Source: Hydrolagus colliei
Lineage: Eukaryota
Direction: 5' to 3'
NCBI GenBank assembly: GCA_035084275.1
Contig: CM068743.1
Location: 112,840,001 to 112,904,000 of the forward strand
Length of the DNA stretch: 64,000 nucleotides
Shown in pieces: positions 1 to 12,395 of the stretch. The notes under the pieces are model-generated. The model was not told the DNA's origin. It made no database searches and saw nothing but the letters and a program-made list of their open reading frames with translations. The position numbers and the translations under genes were made by a program. Every line of letters begins with the position of its first letter. Position 1 is the stretch's first letter.

Positions 1-43
1 TTTTGAGTGTGACTTATTAGGGTATCCCTTGTTGGGTGTATAT

Positions 44-380
44 GGAGCTCCTGTGGCTTAGTGGTTAGAACAATTGTCTTGCAAGCTAGGGAGACTAAGC
101 TGGGGAGATGTGTGTTCGAATCCAGGCAGGTTAGGGTGAAACCTTCGGCAAGTTTCCTTAGTCCACACGCCTAATAATAATCCGTCCAAAAAAAAAACAC
201 AATAATAAAATTAGTCATTTCAATCTACGACTGTTTGTGGGACACTGCTGTGCGCAATTGGCTGCTGCAATTTGCCCACAAATATATACAGTCAATTCAC
301 TTTACAGTACATTCTGTGTAGCGCTTTGGGACGTCGATAAGATGTGAAAAGCGCTATATCAAATGCAAGGATTATTATTA
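44..380 (+). mobile_element. tRNA-headed Deu-domain SINE (family A)
   Basis: Pol III A box (TGGCTTAGTGG) and B box (GTTCGAATCC), central TGTTTGTGGGACACTGCTGTGCGCAATTGGCTGC, L2-like tail ending in (ATT)n; many copies in the window. Confidence 0.9.
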
Positions 381-519
381 TTTATATTATTATATATATT
401 ATATTATTTGCACACAGTACACTCAATAATATGAAAGGGATTGTTTCTGCAGAGTAACTTGATGTTGCTTTATTAAGGTTTATTATTTCTATGGAGTAAT
501 TATCTGCGTATGTGAATTG

Positions 520-846
520 GGTGTCAGCTCGATCAACAGGACTCTTGTGGATTCAGTTCCTACAGTATGTTGAACTTTGCACACTTATAGTCCAAACTGA
601 CTCTCTAGTGCAGTACTGAGGATGTGCTACATTGTTGTAGGTACCGTACTTCGATTGAGACATTAATCTGAATCTCGTCTGCCTGGTCAAGTGGACTTTA
701 AAGATCCCATGGTACAGTTTGAAAAGACGAGAGTATTTCCTGATGTCCTAGCCAACAAACCAGACAAAATTGATTCACATTATCCCTGTTTGTTAGGTCA
801 CTGCTGTGTGCAAATTGGCCACCACATTAGCCTACAAAATGACAGC
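520..846 (+). mobile_element. Older DeuSINE (SacSINE1/AmnSINE1-like)
   Basis: CAGTACTGAGG..GAGACATTAA..GTCTGCCTG..AAAGATCCCATGG core, repeated at ~21500, ~42820, ~47900 and ~62030. Confidence 0.65.
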
Positions 847-991
847 TTATGACAACAACAAAATTACACTTATAGAGCACCTTTCACATCGGGAGGACAT
901 CCCAAGGCGCTGAAATAAGGTAAGACAGCTGGTGTAGATAGTATTGATGGTGTGTTCCTCAAAGGTGCTCTGAAGGAGGGGTAGATGTGTG

Positions 992-1304
992 TGGAGCTCC
1001 TGTAGCTCAATGGATAGAGCACTCACCTTACAAGAGTGACACCTGTATTCAAATCCAGCCAGGTCAGGACAAAACCTTGGGCAAGTTTCCTTACTCCACA
1101 TGCCTAATAATAATCCGTCCAAAAAACATCACAATAATAAAATGGATCATTTCAATCCACGATTGTTTGTGGGACACTGCTGTGCGCAATTGGCTGCTGC
1201 GTTTCACCTACAAATATACAGTCAATTCACTTTACAGTATATTCTGTGAAGCGCTTTGAGACATCGATAAGGTGTGAAAAGCGCTATATCAAAATGCAAG
1301 GATT
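992..1304 (+). mobile_element. SINE family A
   Basis: Full-length match to 44-380. Confidence 0.9.
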
Positions 1305-1385
1305 AGAGAATGGTAAGGGTCTTACACATCAATCCAGCAGTCAACTCACTTAGGAGATGCTTTTCTGAAATGATTCTGTCTGAGG

Positions 1386-1898
1386 CAACAACAACAACAA
1401 ATTACATTTATAGAGTGCCTTTCACGTCGGGAGGACGTCCCAAGGCGCTGCACAGGAGGTGTGTGACCCGAGCTGAGAGGGGAGTGTTTGAGAAGGGGTG
1501 AAACACGAAGGGGAGGTAAAAAAATTTGGGGTGGAACAAAAGGCACGATCGAAGAGGAAAGTCTTCAAACCGGCCTTGAAAGAGGAAAGGGAAGAAACGA
1601 AACTGAGGGATTGAGGGATGGCATTCCATAGGGTGGGAGCGGAGAAACTGAAGACCCGGCCTCCGATGGTGGGGCGGTTCGGGCGGGGGGCTTGGAGCAG
1701 GCCAAGTCCTGTTGAACGGAGGGTCCGGGTGGGTGTGTAGGGGGAGAGTAGATCAGTTAAATAGGGTGGGGCAAGGCCGTGTAAGGCCTTGTAGGTGAGG
1801 ACGAGGATCTTGAACTCGATCCTCTGGAGGATGGGGAGCCAGTGGAGACGGGCGAGGGTGGGGGTTATGTGGTTGCGGAGGCGGGTCGCGAGGCACAG
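1386..1898 (-). mobile_element. L2 LINE 3' end, 5'-truncated
   Basis: HITPTLARLHWLPILQRIEFKILVLTYKALHGLAPPYL (L2 ORF2 C-terminus) plus tail ending in (TTG)n. Confidence 0.92.
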
Positions 1899-3680
1899 CG
1901 TGCTATTGTGGTATCTATCCACAAGGATGGTAATCCTAGGGAAACGTGGAACCACATGAAATCTCACTAATTTCGGTGACTTCACAGACTGTTCAGATGC
2001 TTTGGATGTTCTCTATGCTTATATGATAATAAATTGGAGGTTTGATCAGGAAGTAGCAGGTTGCATTCCATTCTCATGTGAAGTGTGTGAGTTAGGTTGT
2101 ACTTTGTACGAGATAGCAGAGTGACTTAAAGTCCAGGGTAAACCCACCTGCTCTGCGTTCATTCACCTCCCTATCTCTCCAGCCTGCTTACACCCCACTC
2201 CACTACATGCTGTCTATGTTCCGCTGGGTTCAATTTCTTGCATGTCCCTCATCCCCTTCACTCAACCATTGGCAGCCGTACTTCCAGCTACTATCCCCCA
2301 AAACCATGAAACTTTGCCTCAATCCCTCAGTCTTGCTACTTGCTTGATGATCTTTAGACCACACTGAATGACCTTCGTCTTCGACAATGCCTAGAGTCCC
2401 CTCCATTCTCTCCCTAAGACCCTATGAAGCGCCTCCACTATTTAGCTCTCTAAAATACTACAAATTGTTGAATAGACTTGCCGGGAGGTAGCGAGGGCAG
2501 ACTTTGCCAGCAAATCGAAGAGGAAATTAGATGACCATTTAGTTTGGAGTCTGTCAGTGTTGGTTCTGCATGTGCATCAAAAGTCTACTTAACATCATTG
2601 TTGATAGTATGTCCAGAGCCCGCATGGAATTACCGTTCCCCCCCTTCCCCACTGCGCCACTTAAATTGAGTTTCAGCCCAGTGTCAGTGCTGTAACTGAG
2701 CCATCACTCAGTAATAGAACAAGTCAGTTAAGATTTGGTCGTTAACCTTGATGGGAATGGGTGGGGGGGCTTTTAAGACCAACATCTAAGAAGATTAGGT
2801 TCCTGTAAATCCAAGCCTTTTTGCTGAAAGATACACTATCTATCTTCCCTGTAAAGTAGTTTGCAAACCTTTACAATAGATATCCAAAGTGTTTTTTATT
2901 ATTATGAATTCAATTGTTTCTCACTGGAACTTCTGTTTATCTCACAGAAACATCCACCCACTGCAATGATAATAGAGCTCTGCTGTAGGGGATTATGGAG
3001 GGGTCTTTTATCTTGAGCATCGCACAAGAGGTTTGTTCAAACCCAGTTTGTGCAGAAACAGCACTGGGGTCAGCAGAGGCTGGATAAGATGAATATTTAT
3101 CTTGTGACCATTATTCGTTGTTCTAACAATGCCCCAAATTTGCACTGGGATTTTATATTTATATTAATTTAATTGCATCAAAATGTAGGGATTATTTATT
3201 ATTATTCTGTGCATGATGCTTTATTTGTTTTTAACTAAATAATGTTCTCAGAATCTGTTTGTTGCAGAGGAAGCATTTCTGATTCTGGATGCAACATATT
3301 TTAGGAGAATCAAGTGACTACAAAGCACCACATTTTTGCCCAGTTATTCATTTCAGTGTAGGTTTTTGAGAAATTATACTTTTATGAATCCACATAAGCT
3401 AGCTGGAGATTGGTACAACAGACCACATCTCTCTTCCAGCTGTAACCTGCAATTAAAAATGTATATTACCCATCATGTACCTAGGGGTAGAAATTCTGTC
3501 CAGAGTTGCACATGGAGCCTTTGGCAGTGCAAAGCCACCGAAGACAGCTGGAAGATGTGAAAACCACTACATCAAATGCAAGGATTATAATTTATTATTA
3601 AAGACAATGTCAATAATGCTGAATATAATTTTTGCTCAGTTATTCATTTAATGATAGGTCTTCGTGAGATTATATTTATT

Positions 3681-4030
3681 ATAATAATACTTGTATTTGA
3701 TATAGTGCCTTATCATGTGTTCGGAACGTCTCAAAGCGCTTCATAAAATGTATCGTGTAAAGCAAATTGACTATTTTGTGGGGAAATGTAGCAGACAATT
3801 GTACACAACAGTGACCCACAAACAGTGGTGGATTGCGTAACCCATTTTTTTTTACAGGGATTATTACCCTCGATCAATTACCCCAACAATTTAGCTACTG
3901 GTTTCTAACTGGTTTCTACTTAACTGCTAGATAAACAGAGGCATGAGGGATAACCAAACTTTTCACTCTGCCTCGAAATCGAACCCAAGTTTCTCGCTTG
4001 CGAGGCGAGTGCTTTAACCACTAAGCTTAC
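3681..4030 (-). mobile_element. SINE family A, diverged
   Basis: Reverse-complement head, Deu core and tail. Confidence 0.75.
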
Positions 4031-4049
4031 CACTAAGAACACTTTACCC

Positions 4050-4525
4050 ATCAGGACTCTTTTTGCCTCCTTGTCCTCCTTGATCTCTGCCGCCTTCAAC
4101 ACTGTCGATCATTCCATCCTCCTACACCGCCTCTCCTCCCTCCTCAATCCCTGCGGACCTGCCCTCGCCTGATTCGACTCTTACCTCTCCCATCATCTCC
4201 AGTTTGTCGCCACCAACGGCTTCTTTTCCAGCTCCCGCACTGTCACCTGTGGCATCCCTCAGGCTCTGTCCTTGGTCCCCTACTTTTCAACATCTATATG
4301 CTCCCACTTGGTGACATCATCCGCAGACATGGGGTTAACTTCTACGTGTGTGCGGATGACAACCAACTCTATCTCTCTGCCTCTATTCTCGACTCTCAAT
4401 TCCAGGACTCCTCCAGTCCTGTCAGACATCAAGTCCCCAGCTCGGGTCTGAAACAGTGACTATCCAGGGCCTTGGGACATCCTCCTGACGTGAAAGGCGC
4501 TATACAAGTGTAATTTTGTTGTTGT
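4050..4525 (+). mobile_element. L2 RT fragment joined directly to an L2 3' tail (internal deletion)
   Basis: Similar to 10700-11070, followed by ttgggacatcctcctgacgtgaaaggcgctat..ttgttgttg. Confidence 0.85.
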
Positions 4526-5423
4526 AAGCTGCAGATAGCTCCATCTCATAATTTCTCTCATGGCCAATGTCCTGTACAGTATGCAGAATCGCAAGTCTTC
4601 AGAGTGGGCCTGACTTCTCTTTCTGAAATCTGACGAGCTTGCTGTGCTGTTCAGGGGATGGCCTGGAGATGAAGCGATTTTCGTTGCCGGTGCCTTTCCT
4701 GACGATGCTGTCCAAGCACTCTTTAGACCCATTGAGTGTCTGTGTGAGAGACGATTCACGCTTTCATATTCATAGTGGATATGGTCAGCAAGTGAAAGTG
4801 TTTAATCGTCATTGTGGATGGATCTTTTGAGTTGTGTTAATCTGGCTTTGACTGCTTCAGTACTCTACATTTCAGATGTTGTTTGAACACCCTATTTTTC
4901 ACACGTAAACTGTAGCTATAACACTCGATGCTTGATAATCTATTTAGCTTATTTGCTTCAAAACCAGTTCAGAAAGAGCTACTTAAGACACCTGAGGCCA
5001 CAATGCTGAAATGTTCCTGTTTATTCTGCAGGGAATGAACCCAGACAGCAGTTGTAACACTGAAACAGCTTCACATGTCCAAATTGTCATTGAAAAAAGG
5101 TAATTAAAAACAATTGTTTGTTATGTGTTGTCAGAGAAAACAAACATCTTGTTCTAAGCAACCTTATTCATAACAGTATACTGAGCTGCTAGAGAATTCA
5201 GTCAAACTTCCTGCATACACAAAACAAGTGACTTGTGGACAGAAGGCTTGAGTTCTACCATTTGGTGGATTGTTAGTAAGGATGAATGTTAGGAAATAAT
5301 AACGTTCGTTTACAAAGTTGTTGCCGGCAGTGAATTCAATGGTGTAAGATTAAAGTGGTCGGAGGCTATTCGCTGCACCTTTTTTGATGCTAGTTTTAGT
5401 GGTTTAGATCTTTTTCTTTTCAG

Positions 5424-5660
5424 GCTGCTCCTAAATTTCCCACCTATATGAAAAGGAGCAGTAACTGTTGTAGCTTATGTAATATTTAGAACATTGAATA
5501 GCATGGAAGAGGAGGGTTATGCACCCCCCGCACTCCCCACTCCCAAGGCCAATCTCGATGGTGATGCCAAAGAAACCAGGAATGCAATATTGGGTTTACG
5601 ATTTATGCCTTTGACTGCTGGAGATCGGATACCATTAGCTATTTGGTTCAATAAAAGCTG
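5424..5660 (+). pseudogene. Candidate exon (MEEEGYAPPALPTPKANLDGDAKETRNAILGLRFMPLTAGDRIPLAIWFNKS)
   Basis: Strong acceptor tttttcttttcag|, donor |gtaagc at 5661, open frame from ATG 5503. No family motif recognised. Confidence 0.45.
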
Positions 5661-6004
5661 GTAAGCGCTCCCAGCTGCTGCCCGACATGGAGTGCAGCAT
5701 ATAAACACAAGGTGTTGTTGCTGGTATTCCCGTTGAAGGTCTTGAAGTGGAAGTACAAACCCCTGGACTCTATTGACTTCACCACTGACTGCTGCCTCAG
5801 ATTAGTGAGAAACGAGGAGGGAGATTAAATGCTTACCGGTACCTAACTTGTTCCTTTATATGCTATTCAACCTGCATTCGTGTTTTTATTATCATTACTG
5901 TATCTCTTTGATTCTGTAACTAGCCTACAGCCTACACTTGGCGTCAGTGGGTAGAGGTGGAGGAGGTTGCTTGGAGTGGGGAATCTGTGTTCCATATCTG
6001 TTAT

Positions 6005-6315
6005 GTAGTCCCTGTTGCTCAGTGGTTAGAGCACTCACCTCGCAAGTGAGAGACCTGGGTTCAATTCCAGGCAGGCCATAACCCTGGGCAAGTTTCCTTG
6101 CTCCACATGGCTAATAATAATCCCTCATAAAAAAACAATAATAAACTGGTCATTTCAATCCACGACTGTTTGTGGGATATTGTTATGCGCAATTGGCTGC
6201 CGTATTTCGCTCACAAATATACAGGCAATTCGCTTTACAGTATATTCTGTGAAGCACTTTGAGACGTCTAGAAGATGTGAAAAGTGCTAAATCAAATGTA
6301 AGGAGTAATATTATT
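6005..6315 (+). mobile_element. SINE family A
   Basis: Full-length copy. Confidence 0.9.
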
Positions 6316-6430
6316 GTTACCATCCTGTAGAACCATTTAATTGTCTCATATTCTTCAATCCATTCAAGTAAGCATCCATTGTACTGACAAATGTAAAATT
6401 TGAATAAAATACTACCTGTTATAACTACAG

Positions 6431-6694
6431 TTTACTTTCTGCCACATCTTGGTGTTATTTGGAGTATTTTGTATACTCTGTGATGAGTCAACTCTCCGTG
6501 GGGGTCTCAGTAGTCTGGATCCTAAGTCAAGTGGGTCCACAGTATTCCAGGGCACAGCTGATGAAAGCACAACCTGGCTCATCAGCAGGATGTGAAAGGG
6601 CAAACCAGTCACTGGGGCACAGACTCTTCCCACTCAGCTCTCCTTAATCCTTCAAGCCAAAGGCCTGATAGATAGCATGGTCCCAGCTGGGCAG
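6431..6694 (+). pseudogene. Candidate exon with one in-frame TGA (6593-6595)
   Basis: ctacag| acceptor; 88-codon frame broken only by that TGA; ends CAG|gtagta in phase 0, matching the 7220 exon. Confidence 0.4.
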
Positions 6695-6879
6695 GTAGTA
6701 GAAATGTTTAATAATAAAAATAATAATCCTTGCAATTGATATAAAACTTGCCAGATAATGTCCACAATGGCTCTTCGCACGTCAATCTGTGCCTACCAGA
6801 ATTAGGGAACTGCAAAGCATCTTTCTATAAGGAAAACAAGTGATAGCAAGGTGATAGATTTCTGCGTACGTCAAGTTTC

Positions 6880-7101
6880 CTTAATCCACATGCCTGATAA
6901 TAATCCCTCAAGTGAAAAAAACAAGAATAATTTGGTCACTTCAATCCACGACTGTTTGTGGGACACTGCTATGTGCAATTGGCTATCGCGTTTTGCCTAC
7001 AATTATACAGTCAGTTCACTTTACAGTGTATTTTGTGAAGTGCTTTGAGACTTCTAAAAAATGTGAAAAGTGCTATATCAAATGCAACGATTATTATTAT
7101 T
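6880..7101 (+). mobile_element. SINE family A, 5'-truncated
   Basis: Body and tail match. Confidence 0.85.
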
Positions 7102-7219
7102 AATCAAAGAAAATATATTCATTGGAAAACATGACTAAATCCTTTGCCTTTCTCATCATAGTAGTATCGGTCTGCAGGGTTCAATCCCTCTGTTTTGTTC
7201 TGACCTTGGTCTTCTTCAG

Positions 7220-7310
7220 GTCACACCTTCTTCGACTGTGTTTACAGGTACCTCCTCTCTCTCTGACTCAGCATCAAGCTGTGTGCTTCGAGAAGTTATC
7301 CTGCTTGAAG
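7220..7310 (+). pseudogene. Exon VTPSSTVFTGTSSLSDSASSCVLREVILLE
   Basis: cttcttcag| acceptor, GAAG|gtgcga donor; its phase-1 end joins in frame to 7699. Confidence 0.6.
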
Positions 7311-7698
7311 GTGCGATGTAACTGCAAGTTGTTATTGGGCTCCTGCAGTTGCTCGAATTTAGGGAGATGAACTTAAAGAGGAACGTATGAGGAAAACGTC
7401 TAGCAATTTTCAGATAGGCGATCAATATGATGTGGTCAAGTGCGGTCTTAATCTCAGGTCGGTTTAGCGGTATTGCACTTGGTACTCGTACAAGATTTAC
7501 AAACTGAAACAAAGATTTGTCCAGAGAGAAAATGGGGAAATTGCCTGTTTATCCACCTCATGTCCTGGGTTAGAACAGCCCTGAGGACAAATGTATGAAT
7601 TTTTGATTGGCTGCATATTTGTATTAAGGGTAGGTCAACCTTAGTTTATTCTGTGGAGCATCTTGAGTATTTGAGCTTTTTAATGTGCATTTGTACAG

Positions 7699-7790
7699 TT
7701 CACAGCATCACTGCAATTGACACGGAACTGGCAGCAAGCATCAAACCAATTCTGCAACAGATCTGTTACCGAGGAAGCAAAGCTGTACAG
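7699..7790 (+). pseudogene. Exon (V)HSITAIDTELAASIKPILQQICYRGSKAVQ, DUF4062-like N-terminal part
   Basis: ttgtacag| and CAG|gtcaca. Joined to 9910 it gives SIKPILQQICYRGSKAVQVSDHFWG, with the same P/L/C/D/WG spacing as the DUF4062 motif FPxLxxxCxxRG...VDLRWG. Confidence 0.65.
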
Positions 7791-8049
7791 GTCACACTTG
7801 TCACCCTATGCTGCTATTTTTATTCAAACAGTTTATTGCATATGGTGTTGAGCCATTCATCTTTGCAGTTTTGAGGTTACTCTAGATAGGGAAAGTGTAC
7901 AGAACATTTGAAGATAGAGTGTGCAGACTAACACACTGGTTCCCGTTGGAGTATCACATCTGAACAATGGTTAATTCTGTGTAATTGCAGTCATACCATG
8001 TCACAATTAAATGTTTTTCATTTTTATTTTAAAAAAGCAATTTGGGTCA

Positions 8050-8930
8050 AAAAGAGATAATCAGATAATCATGACTAAATACAGAAAGTCACAGTGAAAT
8101 TAGAAGTAATTTGTTTGAAGAGTTGTTGACGTTTACAATGATTTTGTAAAATTATAAAAAGAGTATTGAATAAATGTAGTCGCAACAAAGGGGCTAGCTA
8201 GGCTCTAGAGCAGTGGTTCGCAATCTCGGGTCCCAACCCATATCAGGGTCGCGGGGGGTCCTCGCGTAGGGTCATCAGAATTTTTTTTAAAACTTTTTTT
8301 AATGCTGAAAAGTGACCGAGGTGACACCACCCACAATTTGTATGAAAGACCGTAGTTCCGAGTTGCGCTGAGTCCACAAAAGAGACGGAGATATTGTCTT
8401 GGCTAAGCTTCTCTTCAGTCGCGATGTCGCCCCTAAGGGTCAGGAGGACCTGTTGGTGGCTAATTTGGGTCGCAGCAAAAAAAAGATTGGGAATCACTGC
8501 CCTAGAGGCATTGTAAAAGAGAGCAACAAGAACAATTTCCCATATAAGAGGAATGAGCTATGAGCAATGATTAAACAAGCTAGGGCTTTTCAGTCTTGAG
8601 TGATAGTGACTCAGAGGGGATCATATAAAGGTGTATAACATTTTTTAAATGGTTGTGAACACGCAAGCAAACTCAGAACAATAGTTTGGGACATACGGAA
8701 ACATGGTTATTCAGGGTAATTTTACGTCAAACACCAGGAAGTTTCTTCTTTCCCCAGAAGGTAATTAACAATTGGAACAAGTTACTAGGAAGATTGCTTG
8801 AGACCAATATGGTGGACCTTTATTAAAACAGCTTGTTGCTGTGATGAGAGGATAGTGGAGTGGGTATTCTGTAAATATGAGATCAAATGGACTGAAGGGA
8901 TTTCCTCCTGCAAACCTCTCTTATGACCTG
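8050..8930 (+). mobile_element. Old CR1-type LINE 3' fragment, interrupted by a hAT MITE
   Basis: Degenerate CR1 ORF2 C-terminus (agagcaacaagaac..gctatgagcaatgattaaacaagctagggcttttcagtcttgag) and 3' UTR (atggactgaaggg). Confidence 0.6.
8211..8499. mobile_element. Non-autonomous hAT (Charlie-like) MITE
   Basis: TIRs CAGTGGTTCGCAATCT / AGATTGGGAATCACTG; 8-bp TSD ctctagag / ccctagag. Confidence 0.85.
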
Positions 8931-9909
8931 CTGACACTCACCAACTACATCTGCACAGGATACTCACAAACTTGAGGCACGTCTCAGAGAGCAGCCAATG
9001 TCTGCACAACCGTGCCCCAGGAGAAGCCAATTCCTTATGAGAAGGGTGGCAATGACCAACCACGCTAAATGCATAATTCTAGGAAGCTGATGCACTATCT
9101 CAGTTTTCTTATTGGTCCCCATCCCGTTCCCCTGTCCCCCCCATATACACACACACACACACACATCCCAGTCCAATACTAAGAGTTGGATTTCACCACC
9201 CGACAACAGTTGGAGATCCTGTCATACTGAAACCAGTCAGTTCATGGCCACAATCTAAAAAAAACTAAATGAAGTGGCTTGTGGCAGGCTTCAGTTGTCT
9301 CCAGACTATGTCATTGCAATCCTAAAGGAGTCCAGCTTTGTCAGTTCTTCACAAATGTGTGAATCTGAAATGTGCAAATGTATGCTGGAATTATGAATGA
9401 CTGAGGAGCAAAGTGCTATAAGATGCTGAAAGTTGAGGTAAAGGATGTGGCTGCAGTTGCAGTTCTTTGTTGTAATTACAGCATTAGCAGAAGTAAAAGA
9501 TGCACACACATGCATCTTTGAAATTGTTTGCTAAGTATTGCATTAAATCTGAGTACTGCAACAATGAGATCTTATTCTGCTGAACAAAGTAGAACTTTCC
9601 GACTGATTGTATTCAATTTATATCAAATATAGAGATTAAGCAATATTACATAGCAACATTAGAATATGCAGGACTGGGAAAGTCTATCCATCTGATCCTA
9701 AAGTAAAATGGTAAATAATTCTATATTGCAACGTGTCTCATACAACTCAATCAATCCATTCATTTGGCAAATAGCTATTAATTCACTCTTGAAATTGCTG
9801 ACACAATCTGTCTCCCAGAAGAACTCCTGTTGGGGGTTCGTCTGTGTTTGAGCATGTGTCACCTGATTGTGAAACCTGCTGACTGCTGTTATTTTCTCCC
9901 TCTCATTAG

Positions 9910-10050
9910 GTTTCTGATCATTTTTGGGGCATGCTTCCCTTTTCCCACAGCGACAGATATGAAATGGAATACGTGTATCATTGAAATGTGTGAAGGGAAT
10001 CCGTTGGACTGTAGGGCGTTAGAGCAGGATGTCCAGCACAGGACCCTGTG
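9910..10050 (+). pseudogene. Exon starting VSDHFWGMLPF..., with in-frame TGA at 9982 and 9991; 3' end uncertain
   Basis: ttttctccctctcattag| acceptor in phase 0; completes the DxxWG motif. Confidence 0.6.
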
Positions 10051-10269
10051 ATCCAGCACATTTCTTGAGAAGCAATTGACATTCTTAATTCACTGTTAGC
10101 TGTTAACAGTGAACACTATTACCGTCAAATGTGCTTCTAGGACCATTGAATTTTGTCACTTATTGAATGTGATGAAAAATCTTTTGCACAAATTAATCCC
10201 TGCACCCAGGAACTGTCCCTTGTGCAGGGATTACGTTGACGGACTGTGCTCTTGTACAGTTAAACTAGC

Positions 10270-11358
10270 TATCACACCCCGCTTTCAATCACAAAAACAA
10301 TCACCTCCATGAAACCCACCACGTGCTCATTGGACCCCATCCCCACCCCCCTCCTCCGCACCCAGCTCCATTTGTTAGCCCCACTCATTTCTGACACCAT
10401 TAACCTTTCCCTCTCCTCAGGAACCGTCCCTACCTCCCTTAAAACAGCCACCATCACCCCTATCCTGAAGAAACCCTCCCTTGATGCGTCGCAACCATCA
10501 AGTTATCGACCCATCTCCAACCTCCCGTTTCTATCCAAGGTCCTTGAAAGAGTGGTTGCCTCCCAGCTCCGCTCTTTCCTTTCAACTCATTCACTTTTTG
10601 AACCCCTCCAATCAGGTTTCCGCCCTATCCACAGTACAGAAACTGCCCTGGTCAAGGTCACAAATGACATCCTAACCGCCTGTGACCAGGGCTCCCTCTG
10701 CCTCCTCGTCCTCCTTGACCTGTCTGCTGCGTTCGACACAGTCGATCACACCATCCTCCTTCAACGTCTTTCCTCCCACCTCAACCTTCAAGGCACAGTC
10801 CTTGACTGGTTCCACTCTTATTTGACCCATCGTTTACATTTTGTTTCGTCCAATGGCTTTTCATCAAATCCCCGCACAGTTTCCCACGGCGTCCCTCAGG
10901 GCTCTGTCCTCGGTCCCCTTCTTTTCACACTTTACACGCTCCCCCTGGGCGACGTCATCCGCAGACATGGGGTAAATTTCCACATGTATGCGGATGACAC
11001 CCAGCTGTACCTTTCTGCCTCATCCCTCAACCCCCAGACGATCGATGTTCTGACAGCATGTCTGTCCGACATCGAATCGTGGACGAGGGACAATTTTTTG
11101 CAATTGAACGTGAGTAAGACCGAGGCCCTCCTGATTGGCTCAAGCCAGCGCCTCCGCACATCGGGCGCTGCCAGCCTCAACATCCAAGGCTGTACTCTCC
11201 ACCTCACAAAGCCAGTCAGGAACCTCGGCATCATGTTCGATCAAAAACTTTCCTTCCTCCCCCACATCCGCGCCTTGACCGGCACCGCCTATTTCCATCT
11301 GCGCAACATTGCCAGGCTCCGTAATTATCTTACCCCCCGCGCTGCCGAAACACTCGTG
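10270..11358 (+). mobile_element. L2 LINE internal fragment with an open reverse transcriptase frame (ORF 10309-11388)
   Basis: [57 protein letters not shown]; lacks the endonuclease and the 3' tail. Confidence 0.95.
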
Positions 11359-11514
11359 CAGGGGGTTGTGGATTTAAGACATAAATAGGGAATATAGAGA
11401 TATAGACGAAGGCAATGTGGAGGGTGGGAGCTTGTGTGGAGTATAAACACCAGCACAGATTAGAGGGGTCAAACGGCTTGCTTCCATGCTATCGTTCTAG
11501 GATACATTTATGTA
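11359..11514 (+). mobile_element. CR1-type 3' end
   Basis: gtggagtataaacaccagcacagat..ggtcaaacggcttgcttccatgct; similar tail at 41560-41637. Confidence 0.6.
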
Positions 11515-11528
11515 ATTCTCTTGGGCAG

Positions 11529-11714
11529 GAAGCTTTCCTCTGGGAAGAGATTGAGCATTTCACTCCAGATGCAGGGAAATTTCTATATGTAGGTGGTGTT
11601 TACATGTGGGAGTCTCAATCTGCTTTGGATATTCTTAAGTGTGGTGATGGGTTTCCGTGGCTGTCAAAAATAAATCTCCCTGATATCATCTATTTCTCAT
11701 TATTTAGCATGCAG
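11529..11714 (+). pseudogene. Candidate DUF4062-like exon EAFLWEEIEHFTPDAGKFLYVGGVYMWES...GDGFPWLSK...SLFSMQ
   Basis: 62 open codons between cag| and |gtttcc; resembles LxEIxxxxP..F..GxxYxW..YPWL. Caveat: a diverged nucleotide homologue at ~46900-47060 means this could instead be an old repeat. Confidence 0.5.
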
Positions 11715-12065
11715 GTTTCCTACTATAAGAAATAAATGAAATCATAAAAATAGCTTGGATAACTTGGATTGACTTTGAAGGACTCTTTCATCCCAATTTC
11801 ATTACAGACCTGATGAACTTGAATGGGCTTCAATCACTTTGATAGACACTTATTAGAACAAAAAAGGGGTGTGTTTCGGGAAGGGTGGGAGAGTGAGGGA
11901 GATGGAGATCGCGATCTGATCTTATACTACACTGGGGAATAGCATGCTTCACTAGGTGCTACTACAACAATAACAACTTACATTTACATAACGCCCTTCA
12001 CATGGGGTCATATCCCAGAGAGACGCGGTATTGAAGTTGAGATTCTGAAGTTAAAAGACCTCAGT

Positions 12066-12395
12066 TTATAGCTCAGTGGTTAGAGCACTCGCCTTACAAG
12101 CGTGACACCTGTGTTCGAATCCAGGCAGGTCAGGGCGAAACCTTGGGCAACTTTCTTTACTCCTAATAACGCCTAATAACTCCTAATAACACCTAATAAC
12201 AATTCGTCCCAAAAATAAACCAATAATACAATTGGTCATTTCAATCCACGACTGTTTGTGGGACACTGCTGTGTGCAATTGGCTGCCACAATTCGCCCAC
12301 ATATATACAGTCAATTCACTTTACAGTATATTCTGTGAAGCGCTTTGAGACGTTGATAAGATGTGAAAAAAACGCTTTATCAAATGCAAGGATTT
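12066..12395 (+). mobile_element. SINE family A with an internal (NCCTAATAAC)4 expansion
   Basis: Full-length copy; 10-bp tandem at ~12161-12200. Confidence 0.9.

Noticed and set aside
987-1259. Recurrent ORF family 'ISIHDCLWDTAVRNWL..'
   Set aside because: A translation of SINE A; copies vary with frameshifts and stops.
6593-6595. Selenocysteine or readthrough explanation for the in-frame TGA codons
   Set aside because: The same exon chain also has TAG/TAA stops and frameshifts, the TGAs lack a Cys-like redox context, and I recognised no SECIS. Pseudogenisation is simpler.
10309-11388. Domesticated RT, retron or DGR-like system
   Set aside because: A typical L2 ORF2 fragment, truncated at both ends and similar to other L2 pieces in the window; no template/variable repeat pair seen.
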